A stretch of 51,332 nt of DNA from a bacterium. GTDB taxonomy: Bacteria > Patescibacteriota > Minisyncoccia > Moranbacterales > GWC2-37-73. Position 1 is the first letter of the stretch. Every line of letters begins with the position of its first letter. Of this stretch, positions 9,603 to 18,265 are shown piece by piece. The translations under genes were made by a program, and so were the position numbers. Location of the stretch: contig QKEW01000012.1 in the NCBI GenBank assembly GCA_003251635.1, forward strand, positions 1 to 51,332. Direction: 5' to 3'. Under the pieces are notes generated by a model. That model ran no database searches. It worked only from the letters and a program-made list of their open reading frames with translations, and was not told the DNA's origin.

Positions 9603-11996
9603 ATGAAATATAGTTACAGTTGGCTCAAGGAATTGTCCGGCTCAAAAAAAACAGTTGAAGAAATTGCCGAGCTTTTGACCTTTCATGCTTTTGAAATTGA
9701 AGGAATTGAAAAAAATGAAAAAATTTCCGATCAGGTAGTGGTTGGAGAAATTTTGGAAATCCAGCCGCATCCAAATGCGGACAAATTGCAGTTGACTCGG
9801 GTCAACGTTGGCAAAAAAGAACTCTCTATTGTTTGTGGGGCTCGCAATATTCAAGTTGGTAACAAAGTTCCGGTGGCTTTGGTTGGAGCGAAATTGCCGG
9901 GAAATTTTGAAATCAAAGAGGCTGAAATTCGGGGCGTTAAATCATTTGGCATGCTTTGCGCCGAAGACGAGCTGGGTCTGGGCGATGATCACGGTGGCAT
10001 TTTGATTTTGGATCAGGATTTGGAAGTCGGGACGTTTTTGTCCAAGGTTTTGGAATTGGATGACTCTGTGATTGAAATTGATGTTTTGGCCAATCGAGCT
10101 CATGACGCGCTTTCACACGTGGGCATGGCGCGAGAAATTGCCGCTTTGGAGGGCCGAGAAATTGACTATGACTATGATGGCTTAGTTTTGAATTGGAAAA
10201 AAACGCCCAAAATGAAAGTTTCGATCAAAGTTGAGGACGGCGAGATTTGTTCGCGCTACGGGACAGCTTATTTGGAAAAATTAGAAGTTGGTCCGTCGCC
10301 ACAGTGGCTACAAAATCGTTTGAAGACCTGCGGTTTGCGCCCGATTAATAACGTGGTGGACGCAACCAACTATGTGATGTTGGAATTGGGTCAGCCGCTG
10401 CACGCTTTTGATGCTGACAAAATTGATTCCAAGATTCAAATTCGTCGCGCCAAAAAAGGCGAGCAATTGAAAATTTTGGATGGCAGCGTTAAAAAACTTT
10501 CCAGCCAAGACATTGTGATTGCTGAGGCTGAAAAAGTGTTGGCTTTAGCTGGTGTGATGGGCGGATTCGACAGTGGGGTAAATGAAAAGACGAAAAATAT
10601 TATTTTGGAAGCCGCTAATTTTAATCCAGCCATGATTCGTCGGACTCGAACCGGTTTGGGAATTTCTTCTGATGCGGCGCTACGTTTTGAAAAAGGATTG
10701 GACCCAAATTTAACGGAAAAAGCTTTGGTGCGAGTTGTTGAAATTTTGGAGCATATTGCCGGGGCTGAACTCGTTGGAGCCGGGGATCAATATTCGCAAA
10801 AGCCTAAGAAAAAAATAGTTGAACTGAAACTGGATTATGTCGAGAGTCTTTTGGGCATAAAAATTAGTGAAAATGAAATAAGAAAAATTTTGGAAAATTT
10901 GGGCTTGGTGATTGAGAAAAAAGCTAAGAATTGGAAAGTTGAGGTTCCGACTTTTCGTTTGGATTTGGAAACCCAAGAAGATTTGATCGAGGAAATCGGA
11001 CGTGTCTATGGATATGAAAAAATTCCAGCCATTGCGCCAAGTGCACCGCTGCAAATACCAAAAATCAATCCTGAGCGTAATTTTGAACGGAAGCTAAAAA
11101 ATATTTTAGTAGCCGAAGGATTTAGCGAAGTCTATAATTATGCTTTTTATGAAGAGAAAGACACTGAGATTGCTCAAATTCATGGTCAAAAGCACGTTGA
11201 GCTGGCAAACTCGCTCAATAGTTGGCAAAACTTGATGAGAATCAGTTTGTTTCCGGGACTTTTGAAAAATGTCAGAGAAAATTTGAAAAATTTTAAGGAA
11301 TTTTCGATTTTTGAAATTGGACGAATCTATTGTTCAAGCGAGGATATCTTACCCTTGGAAAAGAAGCGATTGAGTGGAATTTTTGTTTTTGATTTTGGAA
11401 AAAAAGAGACCAAGAAGGGTGGAGAATTTTTTCAAGCCAAGGGTTATTTGGATAATGTTTTAAAAAATATCGGCTTGGAGTCGCATTATTATCACCAACT
11501 GGAAATTGAAGCGGATCAGAAATATCCAAATCTTTGGCATCCGGGCCGGACCAGTGAGATTAAGCTGGAAAATTCTGGTCAGAAAATTGGAGTTTTAGGT
11601 GAAATTAATCCAGCACTTCTTAAGAAGTTGGATATTGAGAAAAAAGTAATTGGATTTGATTTTGATTTGAAGGAATTGAGCCAGATTTCACAAGGTGAAA
11701 TGGAATATCAACCGCTGAGAAAATACCCAACTGTAATGAGGGATCTTTCTTTAGTTTCTCCGCAAGCAGTCAAAGTGGACGACATCTTGAGCTCCATTCA
11801 AGCTCTGGGTGGAAGTCTGGTTTTGGATGTGGATTTATTTGACATTTTTGATTTTGAAGATGGTTCGACCAGTTTTGGTTTTCATGTTGTTTTGGGAGCC
11901 GACGATCATACTTTGAAGGGTTCAGAAATTGAAGATATTTTGAAAAAAATAGTTGAGGGATTAGAAAAAGAATATCAAATGACAATTAGAAGTTAA
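9603..11996 (+). CDS. pheT: Phenylalanine--tRNA ligase beta subunit
   Basis: HPNADKL, VCGARN, GQPLHAFD, RFEKG, PTFRLDL..EDLIEE and C-terminal RDLS (FDX-ACB). Confidence 0.97.
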   Translation: MKYSYSWLKELSGSKKTVEEIAELLTFHAFEIEGIEKNEKISDQVVVGEILEIQPHPNADKLQLTRVNVGKKELSIVCGARNIQVGNKVPVALVGAKLPGNFEIKEAEIRGVKSFGMLCAEDELGLGDDHGGILILDQDLEVGTFLSKVLELDDSVIEIDVLANRAHDALSHVGMAREIAALEGREIDYDYDGLVLNWKKTPKMKVSIKVEDGEICSRYGTAYLEKLEVGPSPQWLQNRLKTCGLRPINNVVDATNYVMLELGQPLHAFDADKIDSKIQIRRAKKGEQLKILDGSVKKLSSQDIVIAEAEKVLALAGVMGGFDSGVNEKTKNIILEAANFNPAMIRRTRTGLGISSDAALRFEKGLDPNLTEKALVRVVEILEHIAGAELVGAGDQYSQKPKKKIVELKLDYVESLLGIKISENEIRKILENLGLVIEKKAKNWKVEVPTFRLDLETQEDLIEEIGRVYGYEKIPAIAPSAPLQIPKINPERNFERKLKNILVAEGFSEVYNYAFYEEKDTEIAQIHGQKHVELANSLNSWQNLMRISLFPGLLKNVRENLKNFKEFSIFEIGRIYCSSEDILPLEKKRLSGIFVFDFGKKETKKGGEFFQAKGYLDNVLKNIGLESHYYHQLEIEADQKYPNLWHPGRTSEIKLENSGQKIGVLGEINPALLKKLDIEKKVIGFDFDLKELSQISQGEMEYQPLRKYPTVMRDLSLVSPQAVKVDDILSSIQALGGSLVLDVDLFDIFDFEDGSTSFGFHVVLGADDHTLKGSEIEDILKKIVEGLEKEYQMTIRS

Positions 11997-12023
11997 AAAT
12001 TTCAGAAAAAGAAAATAGCCCCG

Positions 12024-12068
12024 AATTAAGATCGGAAAGACTAAAAAGATAGCTTTCCGATTTTAATT
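12024..12068 (+). terminator. Stem-loop after pheT
   Basis: AATTAAGATCGGAAAG / CTTTCCGATTTTAATT inverted repeat. Confidence 0.65.
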
Positions 12069-12079
12069 TATTGGAATCC

Positions 12080-12107
12080 TTGACAAAAAAAATATATGTG
12101 GTAGTAT
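12080..12107 (+). promoter_or_regulatory. Sigma70 promoter
   Basis: TTGACA-16 bp-TAGTAT with an extended TG. Confidence 0.55.
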
Positions 12108-12144
12108 AGTCAGAATACTTAATTTTGTTAAGCAAATATTTTTT

Positions 12145-13194
12145 ATGAAAAAGGAATTAGACAGCGCTCAAAAAGGTGATTCAAGCCTTTTTTTAGAGGC
12201 CCTAGAGACTATTATGGCCGATTTTTCGCCACGTTCTAGGGAAATTGTCTGGCAAAGATATGGGATCGGTAGCCAAAAAATAGCCACTTTGGAAGAAATT
12301 GGCGGCCGATTTGGAATTACTCGAGAACGAGTGCGTCAGATTATTCGAGAAATTTATCGAAAAGTTGAAAAAAACGCTAAAAGTGATTTGACTCAAAAAG
12401 TTTGGGAACAAATCATGTTGGCTTTGGAGGCTAATAGTGGTATAATGGGAGAGTCAGCACTAGTTGAATTGCTTGGCCAATCCACTTGGGACCACAAAGG
12501 CGCCATAAGATTTTTTCTGGATTCTTCCGGGAAGATAAATCGTTTTGAGATTAAGGATCTAACTGAAAAATCTTTTGCTATTAAGAGTTTTCGTTCGGAC
12601 AAGTGGAAAGAAATCAAAAAAGAAATAATTGATATTTTGAAAAATGAAGGGTTGCCAATTAGTGGGGAAAAACTTTTTAGTAAGTTTTCTCAAATAGGTA
12701 AATTCCCAGAGGTTAGCAAAAAGCAATTATTCGACTATTTGAAAGTTTCAACTGAAGTTCTTCAAAATGCTTTTGGAAAATGGGGCTTGTCCATTTGGAA
12801 AGAAGTTAATCCCAAGGGAACTCGTGATAAGGCTTTTTTGGTTCTTAAAGAAAGCGGGCAGCCGATGCATTTCCGTTTGATTGCCCAGGAAATTGATCAA
12901 AAAGGTTTAAGCAAAAAACCGACTCACCCACAGACTGTTCACAACGAATTGATTAAGGATAAGAAATTCGTTTTAGTTGGCCGAGGAATTTATGCTTTAG
13001 TAGAATGGGGCTATGAAAGAGGGACTGTCAAAGATGTTTTGACTGGAATTTTACAGAAGAATCAAAATGAAATGACCAAGGAAGACATCATCGACGAGGT
13101 TTTGAAAGTTCGACAGGTCAAGAAATCTACTATTGTGATAAATTTGAACAATCATTTCAAGAAAAACAAGCAAGGTAAATATAGCTGGCAATAA
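12145..13194 (+). CDS. Sigma70 region-4 HTH fused to winged-HTH (HARE-HTH / RNAP delta-like) domains
   Basis: N-terminal RYGI..TLEEIGGRFGITRERVRQI; later PMHFRLIA..TVHNELIKDKKFVLVGRGIYAL. No sigma region 2. Confidence 0.75.
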   Translation: MKKELDSAQKGDSSLFLEALETIMADFSPRSREIVWQRYGIGSQKIATLEEIGGRFGITRERVRQIIREIYRKVEKNAKSDLTQKVWEQIMLALEANSGIMGESALVELLGQSTWDHKGAIRFFLDSSGKINRFEIKDLTEKSFAIKSFRSDKWKEIKKEIIDILKNEGLPISGEKLFSKFSQIGKFPEVSKKQLFDYLKVSTEVLQNAFGKWGLSIWKEVNPKGTRDKAFLVLKESGQPMHFRLIAQEIDQKGLSKKPTHPQTVHNELIKDKKFVLVGRGIYALVEWGYERGTVKDVLTGILQKNQNEMTKEDIIDEVLKVRQVKKSTIVINLNNHFKKNKQGKYSWQ

Positions 13195-13283
13195 AAACTT
13201 AGCAGCATTGTTTTTGAATCTTGTGAGTGCAAAATATTGGATATTTGATTGAAAATTGAATATCAATTTATAATAAAAATAAA

Positions 13284-14558
13284 ATGGAGTTAATTTGGCA
13301 GACTTTTCAAGACGTATTTGTTTCGCTGAAAACAGCGGGACAAGTTTTTCAAAATACCTGGTATTGGATTTTACCAGGGCCTTTGTATGTTTTTTTTAAG
13401 CTTTTCTGGATGGATCATGTGCAAAATGCCTATGCGGCAGCACTTGATTGGGTTTTGTTGGAAATTATTCCACCCAAAGACATTGAAAAAAGTCCTAAAC
13501 TTATGGAAGCCTTGTATGCAGGTATGCAAGGAACCGAAAAAAGCTTTGATGTGTTGGAAGAACACCTTGATGGAATGTTTCCGGTCAGTTTTTCTTTGGA
13601 ATTGGTAAGTGATGGCGGCGAAGTTCATTTTTATATAAGATCTCAAAGAACATTCCGAAATTTGGTAGAATCTCATCTCTATGCCCAATACCCAGATTGT
13701 GTCATTAAGGAAGTGCCTGATTATGTGAATGATGTGCCTAAGGTTATTCCTAACGAAAAATGGAATTTGTGGGGAACTGATTTTGAATTTTTCAGACATG
13801 ATGCTTATCCCATCAGGGTGTATAGGGATTTCGAAGAAAGTATAACCGGAAAAATGATTGATCCACTTTCCGGTTTGATTGAAGTTATGGGAAAATTGCC
13901 ACCGGATCAGAAGATCTGGTATCAGATAATTGCTTCTCCTTTGGAGCCAAGTTGGGGAGCAAAAGAAGGAAAGAAATTAGTTGATAAATTAAAAGGTAAA
14001 GAGGAAAAACAGGAAAATATTTTTGATCGGGTTAAGCAGGATTTTGTTGACGTGGTCACCAATTTAGTTCCAGCCCTGACTCATCCGATTGAATTTGCCA
14101 AAAAAGAATCCAAGGATGAGCAGCCTTTGGAATTTCGTTTGACTCCGGGAGAAAAAGATGTGTTGAAAGCGGTGGAAGCGAATTTGGGGAAACTACACTT
14201 TAAAATTAAATTGCGTTTCGTTTTGGTTGGCCGTCGGGAGAATTTTAGTAAAGCCCATGTCTCATCTTTTACGGGTGCTATCAAGCAATTTAATGACAAC
14301 AATCTCAATAGTCTTAAACCTCAAAGCATTTCCAAAACAACTTCATTTCTTATTTTCAAAAAATCGCGTTTGCGCCATCGACAACGTAAAATTCTTAGAC
14401 GTTATCGCTCTCGCAGCAATGACGGGGTACGGGTCACAATGAGCAGTGAAGAATTGGCAACTATCTATCACTTGCCAGACATGTCAGTATTGTCTCCAAG
14501 TTTGACTAGAATTGATTCAAAGCGTGGTGGAGCACCTACGAATTTGCCAATTGAATAA
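13284..14558 (+). CDS. Membrane-anchored conserved protein, probable partner of the adjacent VirD4-like ATPase
   Basis: N-terminal TM segment, LLEIIPP..KSP, FSLEL, LYAQYPD, YPI, SEELATIYHLP and C-terminal APTNLPIE. Ends 24 bp before the ATPase. Confidence 0.65.
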   Translation: MELIWQTFQDVFVSLKTAGQVFQNTWYWILPGPLYVFFKLFWMDHVQNAYAAALDWVLLEIIPPKDIEKSPKLMEALYAGMQGTEKSFDVLEEHLDGMFPVSFSLELVSDGGEVHFYIRSQRTFRNLVESHLYAQYPDCVIKEVPDYVNDVPKVIPNEKWNLWGTDFEFFRHDAYPIRVYRDFEESITGKMIDPLSGLIEVMGKLPPDQKIWYQIIASPLEPSWGAKEGKKLVDKLKGKEEKQENIFDRVKQDFVDVVTNLVPALTHPIEFAKKESKDEQPLEFRLTPGEKDVLKAVEANLGKLHFKIKLRFVLVGRRENFSKAHVSSFTGAIKQFNDNNLNSLKPQSISKTTSFLIFKKSRLRHRQRKILRRYRSRSNDGVRVTMSSEELATIYHLPDMSVLSPSLTRIDSKRGGAPTNLPIE

Positions 14559-14582
14559 CAAAAATAAATTTTAGTTCTAACT

Positions 14583-16589
14583 ATGAATAATCAGGAAATA
14601 ACATTTTTCGCCAAAACTAACTTTCGAAATCAAGAAAGGGTTTTTGGTATTAAAAAAGATGACCGGCGTCGTCACATGTATATTATCGGAAAGACTGGTA
14701 TGGGAAAAACCAATCTTTTGGAAAATATGGCGGTCCAGGATATTCGCAATGGTCACGGGATTTGTTATATTGATCCGCATGGAGATACGGCGGAAAAATT
14801 GATCCAGGCTATTCCTAAGGAGCGAATTAAAGACGTGATCTATTTCAATCCGGCTGATTTGAATTTCCCGATTTCTTTTAATGTGATGGAAAAGGTTGAT
14901 TCGGAATATCGTCATTTGGTGGCTTCAGGTTTGGTGGGAGTTTTCAAAAAAATCTGGGCTGATTCCTGGGGACCACGTTTGGAATATATGCTTAGAAACG
15001 CAATTTTGGCCCTTTTGGAATATCCGGGCAGTACATTGTTGGGGGTTAATCGCATTTTAGTGGATAAAAAATATCGATTGCAGGTGGTAGAAAAGGTAAC
15101 TGATCCGGTGGTGAAAATGTTTTGGGTAGAGGAGTTTTCTAAATGGAATGAAAGGGTTTTACAGGAAGTGGTGTCGCCGATCCAAAACAAAGTTGGTCAG
15201 TTTCTTTCAACTTCTTTGATTCGCAACATTGTCGGACAACCGGAATCGACTTTTGATGTGCGTAAATTGATGGATGAGCGAAAGATTTTGATTTTGAATC
15301 TATCCAAAGGACGAATTGGAGAAGATGCCAGTGCACTATTGGGAGCTATGATGATTACTAAAATTCAATTGGCCGCCATGGCTCGGGTGGATATGCCTGA
15401 AGATGATCGAAATGATTTCTATTTGTATGTGGATGAGTTTCAAAACTTTGCCACTTTGTCATTTGCCAATATCTTGTCAGAAGCGCGTAAATATCATCTG
15501 AATTTGATTTTAGCCAATCAGTATGTCAATCAAATTGAAGAGGAGGTTCGCGACGCTATTTTTGGTAACGCTGGGACAATCATCTCTTTCAGGGTTGGGG
15601 CAACCGATGCTGAATTTTTAGAAAAAGAATTCGAACCGGTTTTCTTGCAAAACGATATTGTTAATCTGCCCAAATATAACATTTATCTGAAACTGATGAT
15701 TGATGGAATTGCCGGCGATGCTTTTTCAGCCACAACCTTACCGCCAATTTTCTTGGGCGAAACTGTAGAGAATCAAAATGAAGTCATTGAATATTCCCGG
15801 AAAAAGTATAGTCAGCCAAGAAATGAGGTGGAGGAACGGATAATGCTTTGGAGCGGCATGGCGGTTCCAAAAAAAGTTGAAGAACCGGTCATTGTTAATG
15901 AAGTTCGAAGCATGTCAGTGGCAGAGCAAAATATTCCTGCCAATGAAAAAAAGCAAACAGCAGCAGTTTCAAGTCCTTCCATTCAACCTCAACAATCACC
16001 CAGCACCAAGCCGGAACAAAAATCAGGGGAAAAAACGGAGAAGAGAGTTGTGTATAAGCAGATCCAAGCTGATGGCAGTGAAGTTGAGAAAGTTCTGTAT
16101 GACGCTAAGTGTGCTTCTTGCGGGGTTGATATTAAAATCCCATTCAAACCGGATGGAAAGCGACCAACTTTTTGCAAGGAATGTCTGAAAAATTATCAAA
16201 GATCTTTGGCGCGCAATCGAGAGATGGAAAAAGAGAAAGAGCTATTGCGTCAGGAGGAATTAAAAAGCAAAGAAAAAGAAAATTTAGCCAAAAGAGCTTT
16301 CACGATCAAGCCTTTTTCTCAAAAATCTCGCGAGCAATCAGATGTAAGTTTGGAAAACAGTTTCAAAACAGATAGGCCGGAACAGAAAATTTTTCAAGCG
16401 AAAAATCAAATAGGAGAAAAGCCGACCAAGACTATCAGTCCGAATGCCTATGTATCTCAGGATAAACCTCTGTCGCTTTCTCAGATGCAACACATTGCGC
16501 CCAAAAAATTTCGTTCCAAGCCCAATCGGTCGCAAGTTGATTTGAATGATTTGCGACAAGCTCTCGATAACGCTCAGGAAAAAAAGTAA
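14583..16589 (+). CDS. VirD4/TraD/HerA-like ATPase with C-terminal CxxC-x17-CxxC zinc module
   Basis: RRHMYIIGKTGMGKT (Walker A), IDPHGD, LYVDEFQN (Walker B), LSEARKY and CASC-x17-CKEC. Confidence 0.85.
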   Translation: MNNQEITFFAKTNFRNQERVFGIKKDDRRRHMYIIGKTGMGKTNLLENMAVQDIRNGHGICYIDPHGDTAEKLIQAIPKERIKDVIYFNPADLNFPISFNVMEKVDSEYRHLVASGLVGVFKKIWADSWGPRLEYMLRNAILALLEYPGSTLLGVNRILVDKKYRLQVVEKVTDPVVKMFWVEEFSKWNERVLQEVVSPIQNKVGQFLSTSLIRNIVGQPESTFDVRKLMDERKILILNLSKGRIGEDASALLGAMMITKIQLAAMARVDMPEDDRNDFYLYVDEFQNFATLSFANILSEARKYHLNLILANQYVNQIEEEVRDAIFGNAGTIISFRVGATDAEFLEKEFEPVFLQNDIVNLPKYNIYLKLMIDGIAGDAFSATTLPPIFLGETVENQNEVIEYSRKKYSQPRNEVEERIMLWSGMAVPKKVEEPVIVNEVRSMSVAEQNIPANEKKQTAAVSSPSIQPQQSPSTKPEQKSGEKTEKRVVYKQIQADGSEVEKVLYDAKCASCGVDIKIPFKPDGKRPTFCKECLKNYQRSLARNREMEKEKELLRQEELKSKEKENLAKRAFTIKPFSQKSREQSDVSLENSFKTDRPEQKIFQAKNQIGEKPTKTISPNAYVSQDKPLSLSQMQHIAPKKFRSKPNRSQVDLNDLRQALDNAQEKK

Positions 16590-16597
16590 TTTTAGCT

Positions 16598-17689
16598 ATG
16601 ACTGAAAAGAAAAGAAAAAAAAGAGTTATTTTGGGCATGTCCTCAGGAGTCGATTCCTCAGTGGCAGCTGCTCTTTTGCAAAAAGAAGGCTATGAAGTGA
16701 TTGGCCTTTTTATGCATTTTTGGAAGGAGCCGGATCCGAATGAAAAGATAGAAAATAAGTGTTGTTCACTGGAGTCCCATCAGGATGCTCGGCGGGTAGC
16801 GCAAAAATTGAAGATTCCTCTCTATACTTTGAACGCCGCTACAGATTTTAAGAAGTCGGTAGTAGACTTTTTTTTGAGTGAAACTTGCGCTGGCAGAACT
16901 CCTAATCCTTGTGTGGAATGTAATCGTCAAATCAAGTTTACTTTCATGTTTCAGAAAATGTTGGAAATGGAGGCCGATTTCGTTGCTAGCGGACACTATG
17001 CTGATATCAAGAAAATTGATGGAAAGTATCATCTTTTTACTTCCTATGACGACGAAAAAGATCAAACCTATTTTTTGTACAATTTTAAACAAGCAGATCT
17101 TGGAAAAATAATTTTTCCTTTGGCTGGCTACAAAAAAACCCAAGTGCGTCAGATGGCCAAGGAGATGGGTTTGCCGGTTTTTGACAAGGATGATTCTCAA
17201 GGACTGTGTTTTACTCGGGAAAAATATCCAACCAATTTTTTGAAACGAAATTTGAAGTTAAAATCAGGGAACATTGTGGACGGGCAGGGTCGGGTAATCG
17301 GTCAGCATGAAGGACTGGAACTCTATACAATCGGGCAGAGGCGGGGCATTAATATTGGAGGGACTGGACCTTATTATGTAGTGGCTCGGGATTTTGCCAA
17401 AAATGAATTGATAGTAACCAATCAAGAAGATGATCCTGGAATTTTTTATACCAAAATGAAAGTGGAGGACGTCAATTGGATTGCCGAAAAACCGAAATTT
17501 CCCTTGGAAACTAACGTGAAAATTCGCTATCGTCATCCATTGGTCCGTGCTATAATCAAGAAGGAAAACGAGGGAGTTTTGGAGGTTGAATTTTTCGAGC
17601 CCCAAAAAGTTGTGACCCCTGGTCAATCAGCTGTATTTTATTCAGATCAAGGAGAAGTCTTGGGCGGAGGGATAATTAATTTAAAATAA
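16598..17689 (+). CDS. mnmA: tRNA-specific 2-thiouridylase
   Basis: MSSGVDSS, GRTPNPCVECN, SGHY, KDQTYFL, DSQGLCF, TIGQRRG and TPGQ motifs. Confidence 0.97.
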   Translation: MTEKKRKKRVILGMSSGVDSSVAAALLQKEGYEVIGLFMHFWKEPDPNEKIENKCCSLESHQDARRVAQKLKIPLYTLNAATDFKKSVVDFFLSETCAGRTPNPCVECNRQIKFTFMFQKMLEMEADFVASGHYADIKKIDGKYHLFTSYDDEKDQTYFLYNFKQADLGKIIFPLAGYKKTQVRQMAKEMGLPVFDKDDSQGLCFTREKYPTNFLKRNLKLKSGNIVDGQGRVIGQHEGLELYTIGQRRGINIGGTGPYYVVARDFAKNELIVTNQEDDPGIFYTKMKVEDVNWIAEKPKFPLETNVKIRYRHPLVRAIIKKENEGVLEVEFFEPQKVVTPGQSAVFYSDQGEVLGGGIINLK

Positions 17690-17693
17690 AAAT

Positions 17694-17969
17694 ATGTCTG
17701 GTCAAGATGAAAGACAGGAATTGTTGACTCACAAACGTCGTTTGCAAATGGATATGGCAATTAAATCCAGCGAGTTGAAAAAATTTGATCAGGAAAAGAT
17801 TCAGCTGGAAATTGAGATTCGTCAAAATCAACGAAAAAGCGATTTATTGCAAATGCAGATAAATCAAGCTAGATTACAAGTTTCCAAGCTGGACAATTCC
17901 AAGGTTCTTTTGGAAAAGGAGATTAAAAAACTCAAAAGAGAAATTTCCGACACTAGAATTGAAAGTTAA
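17694..17969 (+). CDS. Coiled-coil hypothetical protein
   Basis: 91 aa, heptad-like pattern, operonic spacing after mnmA. Confidence 0.65.
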   Translation: MSGQDERQELLTHKRRLQMDMAIKSSELKKFDQEKIQLEIEIRQNQRKSDLLQMQINQARLQVSKLDNSKVLLEKEIKKLKREISDTRIES

Positions 17970-17986
17970 TCATTATTTTTAAAATT

Positions 17987-18220
17987 ATGTCTTTGGTCAA
18001 TTTGGAAAAAATCGTGAAAGATTATGTAAGCGCGAACAATAAAAAAGTGACTCTCAACAGTTTTATTGAAAATCGCATCCGGGCAATCCAGCGCAAAATC
18101 AACACCATGAGCGTGGAAGAAATTATTCAAGCCCTATCCTTAGAAACGGAATTTCGTCTGCATTTTGATAAATATGATTGGAAAAAATTGGAAGAAATTA
18201 TTAAAAGGTCGCATCGTTAG
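17987..18220 (+). CDS. Hypothetical protein
   Basis: 77-aa ORF filling the gap before alaS. Confidence 0.6.
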   Translation: MSLVNLEKIVKDYVSANNKKVTLNSFIENRIRAIQRKINTMSVEEIIQALSLETEFRLHFDKYDWKKLEEIIKRSHR

Positions 18221-18265
18221 GCAGTGTGGCTTTACTAATTGGCAATTTTTGCTAAGATGGCGCAT

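Noticed and set aside
12145-13194. Primary sigma factor
   Set aside because: Only region 4 is present, and it is N-terminal; regions 2 and 3 are absent.
14583-16589. Conjugative element or ICE
   Set aside because: No relaxase, mating-pair genes, integrase or att repeats; embedded among housekeeping genes.
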